DNA of 64,000 bases from Rhodosorus marinus CCMP1338 (Eukaryota > Plantae > Rhodophyta): the NCBI GenBank assembly GCA_029953675.1, contig JAMWBK010000011.1:1-64000 (forward strand), given 5' to 3'. A model generated the notes under the pieces. It worked only from the letters and a program-made list of their open reading frames with translations. It was not told the DNA's origin and did not search any database. The position numbers and the translations under genes were made by a program. This document shows, piece by piece, positions 35,048 through 46,795 of this stretch (its first letter is position 1; every line of letters begins with the position of its first letter).

Positions 35048-35712
35048 CTACGAACGAATGGTTTAATCGGAGGCTGAAAAAAAAACCTCGAGGGGAAAAA
35101 AAGACTAAGCGCGGCGAAGTACTCGCGCCTCCAACATCAAAGCGGCATTCATGCGCCACAGCAGGAAACTTAAGCGGGTAAACAACGATTGAAGACGGTC
35201 AGGGCGTTCGCGGAACAACTCCCGAAGCCAGCGAGAACCAACAGAGTCCATGAACCCAAAGCACTCAATGATCAGGGGTACCAAGCGATGTGCTAGTGCC
35301 GAAGCACGAACACCAGGGGAAGACAAAGCCCCCGCGTATGTGATCTCTTTGCGGCGTCTCATGCTGGCGGCGGCAGATCCACGGCGCTCCCCCGCAGCCG
35401 GGAGATAACGACTAGCTGGAGGGTTAGGAACAGCAAGATCAACGTATGTGGTACAGCGGCTGTCGTCACAGGTGATCACCAGGTCGGCTACACGGCGTTC
35501 ATCATTGTGAAAGTCCGCGACGGGTAAAGGTTTCTCACGTTCGATTTCCAGACCGGCTTGCCGGACTATAGGCCGAAGTTCCCGGTATAACAGGTTCAAG
35601 ATCCGTGTGTGGCGGCGGGTTCGAGCACCTTTCACCGCCGGGCAACTAGCGAGCAGGTGGGCGCCAAAATCTGCGTTGTCTTCAGTCTGAGAGCAGAGAG
35701 GGCACGACGAAC
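35048..35712 (-). mobile_element. 5'-truncated type B copy with intact zinc finger and endonuclease frame
   Basis: ORF 35105-35635 near-identical to 9250-9780; includes the uninterrupted GAAGACAACGCAGATTTTGGCGCCC junction. Confidence 0.93.
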
Positions 35713-35931
35713 TAGAGCCTATTCGAAATTTCGTTTTCGTGGAGGACCACGAACACAGCTTTCGCTTAGCTTCGGTGTTTGGAAGGGGCTTGGGAGTCCA
35801 CTCGGGTGAGTTGTGGTGAGAGAAGCACGGCTCTCGATACAGTCAGGTGTGAGACGGCTACTTTAGAAGGACGCACATCGCCTCTTTTCTTGAGCGCACA
35901 TATGAGAGGTTTGGGCACAGTCGCGTGAGTT

Positions 35932-37383
35932 GTGCGGAGTAATGATGGCAGGTTGGGTTTGGAGGGATTGCTTGTAGCCGTACTCGGCACGGGACGGTTG
36001 TATCTGCCCTTGCAGAGAGTCGTTTTGGGCACGAGGAGAGGTGTCATCGACCCAAGCGGATTTCCGCTTTCGTGCTCGGTTCTTTCCTATGGGCAGGCTG
36101 TAAAAGAATCAGATGTTGTTGTTTTTGCATTCAAGGTTGATGACCATGCGGACGTCGTGGCAAGCTTGGGAACCCGGATGGGAGGGAAAGTGATTGTCGA
36201 TGTCTCAAACTCGGTACATGCGGAAGCTACCTACAGAGAATCAGAGACAAACTGTCAAGATCTGAAAGCACCGATCAAAGAGCGTGTGGGTCAAATACGA
36301 TACGCCATTGCCTTCTAGAGAAAAAACCGGATATACGCGGACATTGTCAAGGCATTCAACAGCACACTCGGCCTAGTCGCTCTCCCTTCCCTATAAATGC
36401 GCCGGCGCTAGCAGCAAGGCCTGTATGGTATCTGGTGACAGCGACGATGCGAAAGCTAGTCGCAAGAATAGCCCGGACCATGGGGTTTGAAGTCATTCAC
36501 ATGGGAGGTCTGGACGCATTGGCGGGACAGGAGGGAGAGGTCCATAGTTTCTCCATAGTTTCTTCTAGGGATTGAAGATTGCCTGCATAGCATCGGTTCT
36601 GCGCTTACCCTCGTCTTCATGCTGTACGCAACGATAGCGTACTGGGCCGTAGGTCCGTTGGAACGGATTACCTACCCGATAAGGTCATTTCTAATCGTAA
36701 CTGGAGACGTATCCGCTGGACTGTTGGCCACGACCTTCGATTGCTGGGTTCTGGAAGGTTTTTCGTGGTACGGCGACGCGTCCATTCCCAGCGTGGTTTG
36801 GGACGTGGCTGGCGATTCGGAAACAGCTTGGACTGGTCGCGTTCGACATCGCAATCCCCCACGTGATCATGGATGCAAAGGAGACGAACCGACGGAGTTG
36901 AAGATCTCAAGTCAGCTCGCTCCAGTATTCAGGACACCGGCGTTTCTTCTGTTCTTGGTCATGCCCTCCTGCTCGAGCGGCACAGCATCCGGATACTTCA
37001 CGTGGTCTGAGTTCCGATTCATCTTTGTCCACGTCGGATACGGCGTTGTAGGCTTCACACTAGCCCATGTAGTGTGTACCGGACTAGGTCAGATTGAGGA
37101 CTTCCACAGCTCGGCTGGCAACACCTCACCGTTCTCGGGTGAAAAAGCACTGAGCGCGATTGTCCTAGTAGCCTTGTTGGGAGTTTCGATTCTGCCCAAA
37201 TTCATCGTATCAGTACCGCCGATGAGCACCTGGGTGAGGAAGGTCAGATCTCATCAGAAGCGGGACAAGCAAGACTTGCTTCCAGTTTGGCTGAGGCTAA
37301 GCACTTCACCGAGCGAGGCCGATGTTAACACCAATTTGGATCCCGATCGGGCCGATCTTGTTTCTCAAGATTCCGTTTCTTAA
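35932..37383 (+). pseudogene. STEAP2/3/4-like metalloreductase (F420H2:NADP+ oxidoreductase-like domain plus heme transmembrane domain), frameshifted
   Basis: VAVLGTG, VVLGTR, GKVIVDVSN, IVKAFNS, LVSGD, RKLVARIARTMGFEVIHMGGL, alternate frame GTATRPFPAWFGTWLAIRKQLGLVAFDIAIPH, and FTWSEFRFIFVHVGY...LAHV follow STEAP motif order across several frames. Confidence 0.85.
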
Positions 37384-37640
37384 CTGTATATTGCCTAAAA
37401 CAATCTGAGAATTGAACACAATGAACGTTCGTGTATCACTTCCGTGCCGTCAAACTCAGTCTCTTCTCTCTCAGTCCGGGGGGAAGACCGCATAATGCAA
37501 CGGGCGCTTTCAACTGAACTTTTGTCCGTTGCTTATTTCAGGGTGACCTCACAGAGGCATCGCCCCGGGGGGTGGAGGGGGGTGGGGGAGGGCGATTGGC
37601 AGTTATTCCCCTCTATCTTCAGAGTTTAGAGGCCGAATGT

Positions 37641-39321
37641 CTATTCCAAGGTAGCCTTGTACGTTGGAATTCGTCTGAATTTGCCGTTCACTTCAAAAGC
37701 GTGTGCAAACCGGAGGAGCTGTCCCTCCGAGAACGCAGAAGCGTACATCGATATACCCCACGGCAGGCCTTTGTGTAACGGTCCAGGGACGCTGCGGTAC
37801 AAGAGCAGCAGTCGATGATGTTCAGACAAATAAAATGGTTGATAAAACTCGACTAAAACTCAGTTTTTCGCGGCTCTTCTTCACGTACCTTATGTGAGGG
37901 TAACCAGCCATTGCCGGTGTTGTAGAACAACCTCCAATATTCGAGAGATTGTCTCCAACCAAAGGATCGATAACGTACGGCGGAAGGGAATTCGTCAGGG
38001 CGACAATAGCGTCCAGTTTGTGAGTCTCAAGAAGATCGTCAATCTTAGCCCGAGCTCCCTCCACGCTCGCTTTTCTGGCCGTCAGGTAGGACTCATCTCC
38101 TTTCCCGGGAAAACTTGCGACCTTCTCCAAAATTTCTTGCCCAAAGAATGGCATCACTCTGTCCGCGTGCTTGCGATTGTACGCAATCAAGTCAGGGATA
38201 CCCCGTAATCTGCCAGTCTTCTCCAGACTGGTCTCCAAGGAGTCCTTGAATTCAGTCAGCACAACCTTTGTTTCATTCTCGTTGAACAAGGCATACCCAT
38301 CCGCGTGAATTTCAACTATTTCGGCGCCCAGCCTTTCTAAATTGGTGATCGCCCCGACCATGGCAGCGTCAGCGCCTTGATGCATGGAAACTGTATCAAC
38401 GTCAAATCCAAAGCGGATGCCCTTCAGTATACTGTCGGTAGTGCCCGCCTCGTCGACAAGAAACTTTGTGTAATCGACACCAACGTAGTCTTTGCTCTTT
38501 TCCGTGACGGGATCGTCCGCATCCACACCGGTCAGCGCAGTTAATAGCATAGCAACGTCACGAACACAGCGCCCCATCGGCCCGACCGTGTCCTGAGTGG
38601 GGCTGAACGGCATCACCCCAGTGCGACTCAGGAGTCCAATGGTAGGCTTCAAACCGACAATACCGGTCATGGCAGCAGGTCTAGTGACGCTTCCGTCTGT
38701 TTCTGCGCCAATTGCCACGGTGCAAAAGCTTGCTGAGACCGCGGTCCCACTCCCAGAGCTGGATCCACAAGGAGTTCGGTCAAGAACGTATGGGTTCCTC
38801 GTCTGCCCTCCTAAAGTGCTCCATCCTGAGCAGCCTTGATCTGAGCGAAGGAAACCCCATTCACTCATATTCGTTTTGCCGAGGATCACTGCACCCGCCT
38901 CCCGCAATTTGCAGACGATAAACGCATCCTTGGGAGCCACATATCCCTCCAGCGCCAGACAACCACAGTTTGTCGACATTTTGTCCGCAGTTCCAATACA
39001 TTGTTTCAAGAGAACTGGAACCCCGTGCAGCGGCCCACGTGGGCCCTTGTCAGCGCGTTCTTGGTCCAGCCTACGGGCGATTTCCACCGCATCCGGATTT
39101 ATCTCGATCACACTTCGCAAAGTTGGACCGGACTGATCCAAGTCCTCGATTCTCTTCAGGTAGCCCTCAACTGCTTCTACTGAATTCAACACCCGGTTAT
39201 CAAACCTCTCCTGTAGTTCCGCAACGCTGACTTCTACCAGCTTGCCATGATCTCTTTTGTCCATGCCCCCGTCAAAGTCAGTGTGATGGTTTAACGCCCT
39301 CCTCCCGTTCTTGGTTTCCAA
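37641..39321 (-). CDS. Amidase signature family enzyme (peptide-amidase-like), two exons (39321-37889, 37791-37641)
   Basis: GPLHGVPVLLK, GKTNMSEW, PCGSSSGS, GAETDGSV; GYPHI continues after a 97-nt GT..AG intron (37888-37792) as SVPGPLHKGLPWGISMYASAFSEGQLLRFAHAFE. Confidence 0.92.
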
Positions 39322-39679
39322 CTACCTTTTTGCTTCCATTTCCCGTCAGCGATCATAGTCTCGAGCAGTTTAAAAGCTCAACTCACCGTCCCGATTCCCC
39401 TCGTCTCCCGCTTCACGACCATCTGTTGAGATTCTCCATTCCCTCCAATTCCATAAAGCTGATGAAGATTCTTGATTTGGTTATTTTCGTCGAAAAAATC
39501 CAAATAAAAGCACATCTAGAGGCATGCTTTCTAAAATTTAGGGATACATGTTTAGATTAGGAATGCTTGGACCGTGGCAGGTACCGGAAAATACTGTGAG
39601 CAATGTCTTGGCTTGGTAAGACCCTCTGGAACTTGCAACGGGTAAAACAACGCTTTTTGTGTCCAAAAGCCGACATTTT

Positions 39680-42600
39680 GGTGGTTTTACTGGCTTTATT
39701 GGACTGGACTTTACTAGCATAGCCTGAAGCGCTACGCAAGGCGTGAAGATGAACTAATAACTAGGGAGGGAAGCATGCAACCCCAGGCGCCGATGGCGCG
39801 CCTCGGAAAGCATGTCGCTGGAATATCGCCAAAGGGAGACACTTAAACGCCTCAAGAGCGCCACATATTCAGTAGGATGCTCAGCAAAACATTTCCGCAC
39901 CCACTCTAAACCCGACTTATCGACGTGACCAAAGCTTTCCACAATGAATGGCTGGAACCGGTGAGAGCGAACCTCAGCGCAAGGCAGACTGGCCATGCTC
40001 TCAGCATACCGTCGTTCCTTAACTCTTCGAAGGGCTGAAGCCGCGGCCCCCCGGCGGCGGGCGGCTGCGGTGAGGTGGGCGCTGGCCACGGGGCAGGTAA
40101 TCGCAAGGTCCACATATGTTGAGCGTCTGGCAGCAGCGTCGGAGACGAGGAGATCGGCTATACAACGGGGCGGTGCAGAGTCCGAGATTGATCTGGGCAG
40201 TTCCGACTCAACCTCAACCGTATGCCCTATCCGAGTCAAAAATTCGCTGAGGATGTACTTGAGGCGAGTGTGACGCCTCGTACGGAGACCTCTCAACAGT
40301 CCGCAGGAACCCAGGAAGTGGTAGCCACAAGCGTCAATCCGACTCTCACATCCCTGACAGAAAGACGGCCGATTAGAGTGCCACGGAGCCTGTGGCAAAC
40401 CGAGATAGATCCGTGCGGCAGAACGGAACTGGAAAGCATCGAGCCGATGACTCAATGACGACGGTAGAGTGGTTAACCACAAGTGCGAGAGATGGCCTCC
40501 CATGCCGCGGAGACGAGCGGCAGTGGTAGGCGGCGTGAGAGGAGAATTGAGCATGACTGTGTGAGCGGCACTGTGTTGGCCCCAGGTGAGGCTATGTTGA
40601 ATCACATCAGTGCGGGAGCTCCACAATCGGCTCAAACCCGGGTAGTCTGCAACAGGTGACCCGGGGCTAGCCTCTCCGTCATCGGCAAGAACTCGGTCGA
40701 GGGGAGAATCCTCAATCGCTTCAGCTCGTCCCCATAACAGCTCCCTCCAGGAACGAAAGCGGGACCTATTTGCGTCCAGCACGGCGTTGCACCTCCTGAA
40801 CGCGTGTCGAAGACTATCATAAATTTTCAAAAGCGGGGGCGGCAGGGTCACTGGATCCTCGTTGGTCAAAGCTCGAGCCAAGAGGCAGGCACTTCGCATC
40901 TGGAAGGTCATCAACGTTCGCAGCGCGGTTGCCCAGGAGGCAACCGCCGCTGGCGAGCATACCAGCCCACGGTCTGCGACGCCGAATCCCCCTAATCGCA
41001 ACGGTAGAGCGATCTGTGCACGGATAAAGTCCCTGTCGGGAGCAGCTTCAAGATCGAGGGGCTCATCCAAGAGCGTTCCCCAGTGTTGCAGGGTCATTTC
41101 GTCGGCTTTAGCCGCGATCCACGAGCCCCAAGCTGGAGGCAGGCTGCGCAACCAGTAGTTGAGTCTGGGACCGGCACAAAAGCGGGAAAGCAAGCAGGCC
41201 GATTGCAGCATGCTGTCGGGTAGGTGCTCAATGGCGTCGGTGAGTTGCTTGTGCCGTGCCAAAACTCGCTCGCAGGATGCTTGGACAAAGTTGTCAGTCC
41301 CCAATCCGACGCCGTGGTGTTCGAAAAGCGTAAAATGAAACTAGGGGCTAGGAAGAAGAGCCACTCCAAGCTTGACTTTTCCAGATGCCCAATGGTGGTC
41401 TCCACAATGAAAGGCTGGAACCTGTGAGACCGGCCCTCTTCCCGGGGAAGACTGGCCATGCTCTCAGCGTACCGTCGTTCCTTCACGCGGCGAAGTACAG
41501 AAGCGGCGACGCCCTGCGGAGAGCGGCAGAAGGGAGATATGTACCGGACACGGGGCAAGTGACAGCGAGGTCCACATATGCTGAGCGTCTGGCGGCTGCG
41601 TCCGAGACCAGGAGATCTACGATGCAACGAGTAGACGTTGCGAACGGTGTACTAGTCACTGCCGATTCCACCTCGACCTTGAAGCCAACTCTTGTCAGGC
41701 GTTCGCTTAGGATGTATTTCAGGCGCGTGTGCCTCTTCGTGCGATGACCTCGCCGTAGTCCGCAGGAGCCGTAAGTGTGCTCACGGTGTGGACGCGTGTA
41801 CAGTTCCCTGCAAAAAGGCATTCAGAATCTTCACCAATGTGCGTCCGGCCCGTCGTGCTCAAAGCCTGCAAGAATTCCGTGCGAAGGCCTGAAGGCCCAG
41901 GGGAACGTTCGCGGCGGGAGGTACGGAGAAGTTCCGCCAAATCGGACTCGAGAGGCGTCATATCTATGCGAAGGCGGGCCAGCTCACCGGTTCCGCAAGC
42001 CGGTCATCATAGGGGAGGACAGGCGCCTGTCCCTCCAAAACCCGTGCCGCTCGAGTCAAATCGCCAACCTCCACCAACTTTTGCACCTGAACCCTCACTT
42101 GCGAGGCACTCATGGACTGGACCATGCGCACCGAGACCTCGAGCGACGTCATGTACACACTTTGTAAAACCTCAAAAAAAAAACACTCCCCTCGCAGGCA
42201 CATTGTGAGCCGGTCCCGGACTTGCCAGCTACGCGCTGATGTGCGAGCCGCGGCCAGGATCAAACGCCTCATTATCACCAAGAATTCCGACAAAACCATA
42301 TCCCGCAGATTGCGGGCCAAACCCGCAAATATAAAGTCTAAAATATACCCAGCCTGTAAGAGCTCCCTGCGAGGTAGTACTACCGGTGGAATCCGGCCCC
42401 TCAGAGGAAGTGAGTCCCCAAGCGAAGAAACCCACCTCCGAAGCCAACTCCGAAACTGCGTTCTCCAAACACCCCAGTCCCCTCTCACCTGCTCAACTTG
42501 ACCCTTTAGGTCCAGGGGCTCGATATCGCAGAGGTACCGGCGGAGCTAATGATCCTTCCCCCCCTTAGGCCCTGGGGAGTCGGTCCTTACTCGCTTGCCT

Positions 42601-44230
42601 GGTAGTTGCACTAAGGTATGGGCTCTTCCACTGCGCGAGGTGCGCGTGAGGGTGCCCTGGGCGTCCAGGAGGGTTGTTGGAGTATCCTCCGCCGACATTA
42701 CATCCAGCTCCCGTTCGTTGCCCCCCTCCACGGAGTTAGTGCTGGCGCTTGAACCTTCACGCACGTCCATGCGCTGTAAATCCCCCTTTGTAGCGCGACT
42801 GCAATACCAACCGCCGCTCTCGATCAAAGAAAGTCTACACTGCTTCACGAAGATGGCGCGGACCGGACCGAAATCGTGCCAACAGGAGCCTCTCAATGCG
42901 GTGAAAGCGGAACCAATGGATGTCCTTCACACTGCACTCCCTCTCAGAAAGTCCGGCAATCTGTCCCGGTGCTAGGAATATGCCCCTAGAAACGGTCAAA
43001 GGTCCAACGCAAAATGGAGAAGCAACTGGGGCCTCTCGCGTAACCAGCGGGCGCTTACTGGTCACTGGTCTGTTGGCTTAGGAAGTAGCGCCTGAAGATA
43101 CGCGGCTGCAGTTGATGTCACAACGAACAGGACATTGCGTCTCTCGTACTTTGCGAAAAGGAAATCCTCGCGCTTGCAGCCCAATGATTCCGCAAAGGTA
43201 TGTCTAAAATCCAGCATTGACGGCACCTGTCCCCGTGTGGGTTTCGAACGCACCTTGCGCACCCAACGAAGTCGCAAAAATGTTGCCGAGCTTCCCTCAT
43301 TCTCCTCACGCGGTGGTAAAAGCCGGACCACTGCAGCTGTTCGCGGTGCCGTTGTGCCGCGCCTCAACACCGACAGCACGAGGGAGGCCCCCTCGGGGCA
43401 CTTCCCTTAACCTGGGTGGGAGGGGACCTACCTGCTGAATGTCCTGCCAAGGTAGGTTAGGCATCTTCACACACGTCCAAAACGGCGCCCGTGAGTTGAC
43501 CACCTCGGTCACCACCAGTCCCCGAACACGGGTGCTCGTTGGGAACCCCCTTTTCCACGAGCAAAATCTGCACTGTCCCGAGGGGATTCAGCAGCCTGTG
43601 CCTGTCCCGGGACAGGTGCATATTGACTGATCCCCTGGTTTTGAATGCCTCGAGGTCTGGCGGCCACCGTGGCCACGTCGTCCGCCGTCCAATCTGCATC
43701 CGCCGACAGCCCCGATTCCAGCGCACAGAAACGCTGGGTGAGCTGCGGTAGGACACCCTTATCCCCGGCGGCGGTGACCAAGCTGGTCACTGCCGACAAA
43801 AGGGCAGGCACTTGTGTGCCAGACACACCCTGTAGGTCCACCACTGTCGAGAAAGGGCCTGGGCTCAGGTAAACTCGAGGTCCGCCTGCTGCCAACACCT
43901 CCTTGCTGTGAGGCTCCGCGCCCAAGGGAGTGGGGCTCGGGGAGACCCCAACCATCACGAGAGAGTGTGGTGAGGAAACTTTCCACCACAGAACCCCGGC
44001 CAAAAACCAACCCGGCTCAACGCGAAAAGATAAAGACCGCACAACGAACCCCCAACAAGAAGAGAGAAAACCCCACGCGCAAACCACACAACGCGAAACA
44101 GCGGGGGAAGGGCAACCAGAGGAAGCGCCTCCCACGGAAGAACACAATCGTGACCGAAAACGACTCAAAACCCAAACCTCGAAAACTCAAAGGCCAAAAC
44201 CAATTTTACTCAATTAGGCAAGCGTACAAA
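39680..44230 (-). mobile_element. Composite type A element: 5' half (ORF1, ORF2 N-terminus), foreign endonuclease fragment (about 41830-41340), and 3' part from RT domain 7 to tail
   Basis: ORF1 44168-42546; ORF2 GDWGVWRTQFRSWLRRW...SPGPSGLRTEFL; 516-aa open frame 41304-39754 with LPLRLGGFG, CCHC and RLE; the central RT motifs are absent. Confidence 0.88.
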
Positions 44231-44297
44231 ACGCTTAATCATTGTTGGCAACCGAACAAGTCGTTTGAAAGAGGACATTGTAGATGTGCAACTTCCT

Positions 44298-44585
44298 AGC
44301 GGTTTTGCTGGCTTTATTAGCATAGCCGACAGCGCTACGCAAACCGTTAAAAGGAACTAAGAACTAGGTAGGGAAGCGTGCAAACTCAGGCGCCGATGGC
44401 GCGCCTCGGCAGGCATGCTGCTCGAATATCGCCACAGAGAGACACTTAAGCGCCGCAAAAGTTCCAAGTATTCAACAGGATGCTCAGTGAAACATTTCCG
44501 CAACCACTCCAAACCCGACTTCTCCACGTGACCAAAGCTTTCCACAATGAAAGGCTGGAACCGGTTTTTTGGTTTTGCTAACATG
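44298..44585 (-). mobile_element. Short type A 3' fragments
   Basis: FQPFIVESFGHVEKSGLEWLRKCF...HASLPSS* plus tail. Confidence 0.88.
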
Positions 44586-45319
44586 GCCTTGGGTTAATAA
44601 GGGCAAGCGTAGAGAACAAGCCCGTCAAAATAGAGCTAAGGTCCTCAATTCGAATGAGGACGAGTATTTTGTATGGCGTGACAAAGTGTTCTGCAGTATC
44701 AATCGCCCAAAGGGCAACACTTAACATTCCGCGAGGTACACTTCATGTCAAACGTCGAGGCCTCTCAGCCCTCTGGATTTCGGAACAAAGATCCCCCTGC
44801 AGGGCATTCTGTCCAGGCGTGCAGTGTAAAATCAAGGCCCTACGGAGTCGTGTACAACCTCCACCGCCCAGTTAACGACCACTGCAACAGTTGCAAAGTC
44901 ATTCAAAACACGACTTCGCTCGTGACCATATCATTGTATCCAAAGACGGAGATCACTGGACCAGACAACCCTGGCAACGCTCTCCGTGGTGTAGTAATAC
45001 GCACGAGGGTGTTGATCGGCGTCTTCAACGGTTTTATGTGAACTGAACGGGAGGCAATCCCGAGGCTAAGGTGCAGTGACTGTAGCTTTACTTCCAAATA
45101 TTTACTGACTAGCTCCTGGATCGAATTTCTCCAATGCTGATGACAGATCTTTACAATCGATCCGGAGGATCACCCGAGTGCTCAGTTTGCTCGCGTTTTA
45201 GGAAAAGAACGCATCACAGAACTTCGCATCGGAGCCGTGTCCATGAGGCTTGACCAGTAAGGACCCAGTCCATTCCGCGGCTTGGGAACTCAAACCGAAG
45301 GCTGAACTCCTCTCATCCC

Positions 45320-46795
45320 TCAAGCAGCGATATCCATGATCGTGTCGTCTCCGAAACCTCCACGAACGTCGTTTTGCACGCCTCCTGCGCTGGAATAGAC
45401 GATCGTATCATCTCCTGAGCCGCCGAACAGGGCGTTTTCGCCAGATGTATCTTCAATTGAGTCGTTTCCGCTACCGCCTTGAATCATGTCTGAAGCCGTA
45501 CCGCCTTGAATCATGTCGTTCCCGGCGTTGCCATACAATGCATTCAGGTATCCTCCCAGCGTCTTAATCACATCGTCACCAGGCCCTCCGAGGATCGTAT
45601 CAGTTGTACCATATCCTCCCTCAATATAATCCTGCCCGGTTCCTCCGTTCACGTATTCTACGCTGAAGTCATAGTAGTCGTAAGCGACTTCGATGTGGTC
45701 ATCTCCAGCCCCTCCGTACAGACGATCGGAATCTTGACCTCCGTATATCCTATCATCGCCTTCGTCTCCAAAAATTGTGTCTTCTCCACTATCTCCAAGC
45801 AGAAAATCATCTCCTTTTCCTCCGAAGACTTCATCATCACCAGCACCAGCGTTCACGAAATCACTGCCCTTGCCTAGGATTACAGTGTCATCTCCACTTC
45901 CGGAGTCAACATAGTCGCTTCCAACGCCGGTGTCAATAGTATCGTCACCTCCACCAGACCGGACAAAGTCATAACCCTTTCCAGCATCAATTATATCATC
46001 GCCACCTTGAGTATAGATCAGATCGTTGCCGTCCAGTGCTTCTATCGTATCGTTTCCCCCGTTCCCGTAGATGATATCGATCCCATCGGTACCGACAATG
46101 TGATCGTCACCTGACGTTCCATGAAATATCGTCGCGCAGTGCTGCTTGAGCGGACAGAGTGTCTGCTTTTCATTGCTCAAGAGCGTTGTTGGACATCCAC
46201 TGGATGCAAGCGGATAGTGAGCTCCGTTGACTCCCCCGCTGAAGGACTTTGCTCTGATCTTGGTGACCAAACAGATAGAGTCGTAGTCGCAGCAGTTCTC
46301 ACTTGACGGGATATCCCCTGGGCAGATTGTGAAGTCCACTCTGCTGTTTGGGAACTCAAGATTCCGGTCGATCTGGAATCGTTTTAAGCCGGATGGCACA
46401 TTAGAACAGTCCCCAAGGAAGAGGCCGATCTGAACCCTCGACATCGTGACCGTCGGCACGAGCGTATTGTTCACACGCACAACGCCATTGTATTCGACCC
46501 GCATGCAGCGTTCAAAGTCCGTAACCTGACCCCAGAATGGGAAGACCGTTATGGTCCCGGCAACCTCGTCAGAACCTTCTCTCGCAAATTCAATCTCCCG
46601 CCTGCGGGAAAGAGGGGGCAAGCGCGGGAACGGCTCAAACAAGATCGCCTGATTGTCACCCAGAAACGTTGCACAAGTCGTCTCTTCTTGACGTAAACTG
46701 ATAGCCGGCATCGCGGATGCACAGAGCACCAGCACCAATACCGCCACCACTAACATTGACAAACACCCTTTCATCAAGACTAACATACGCCGCAA
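45320..46795 (-). CDS. Secreted protein: unnamed Cys domain fused to RTX (hemolysin-type Ca-binding) GGxGxD nonapeptide repeats
   Basis: Hydrophobic leader; MSRVQIGLFLGDC..PSG..RFQ...NCC..DSICLV; then over 20 repeats such as GNGGNDTIE, SGGGDDTID, GGKGDDFLL, GGAGDDHIE. Confidence 0.9.
   Translation of the reverse strand: MRRMLVLMKGCLSMLVVAVLVLVLCASAMPAISLRQEETTCATFLGDNQAILFEPFPRLPPLSRRREIEFAREGSDEVAGTITVFPFWGQVTDFERCMRVEYNGVVRVNNTLVPTVTMSRVQIGLFLGDCSNVPSGLKRFQIDRNLEFPNSRVDFTICPGDIPSSENCCDYDSICLVTKIRAKSFSGGVNGAHYPLASSGCPTTLLSNEKQTLCPLKQHCATIFHGTSGDDHIVGTDGIDIIYGNGGNDTIEALDGNDLIYTQGGDDIIDAGKGYDFVRSGGGDDTIDTGVGSDYVDSGSGDDTVILGKGSDFVNAGAGDDEVFGGKGDDFLLGDSGEDTIFGDEGDDRIYGGQDSDRLYGGAGDDHIEVAYDYYDFSVEYVNGGTGQDYIEGGYGTTDTILGGPGDDVIKTLGGYLNALYGNAGNDMIQGGTASDMIQGGSGNDSIEDTSGENALFGGSGDDTIVYSSAGGVQNDVRGGFGDDTIMDIAA

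Noticed and set aside
35040-35720. 5-bp TSD TAGTT around the 35-kb type B copy
   Set aside because: Too short and ambiguous given the tail microhomology; not used as evidence.
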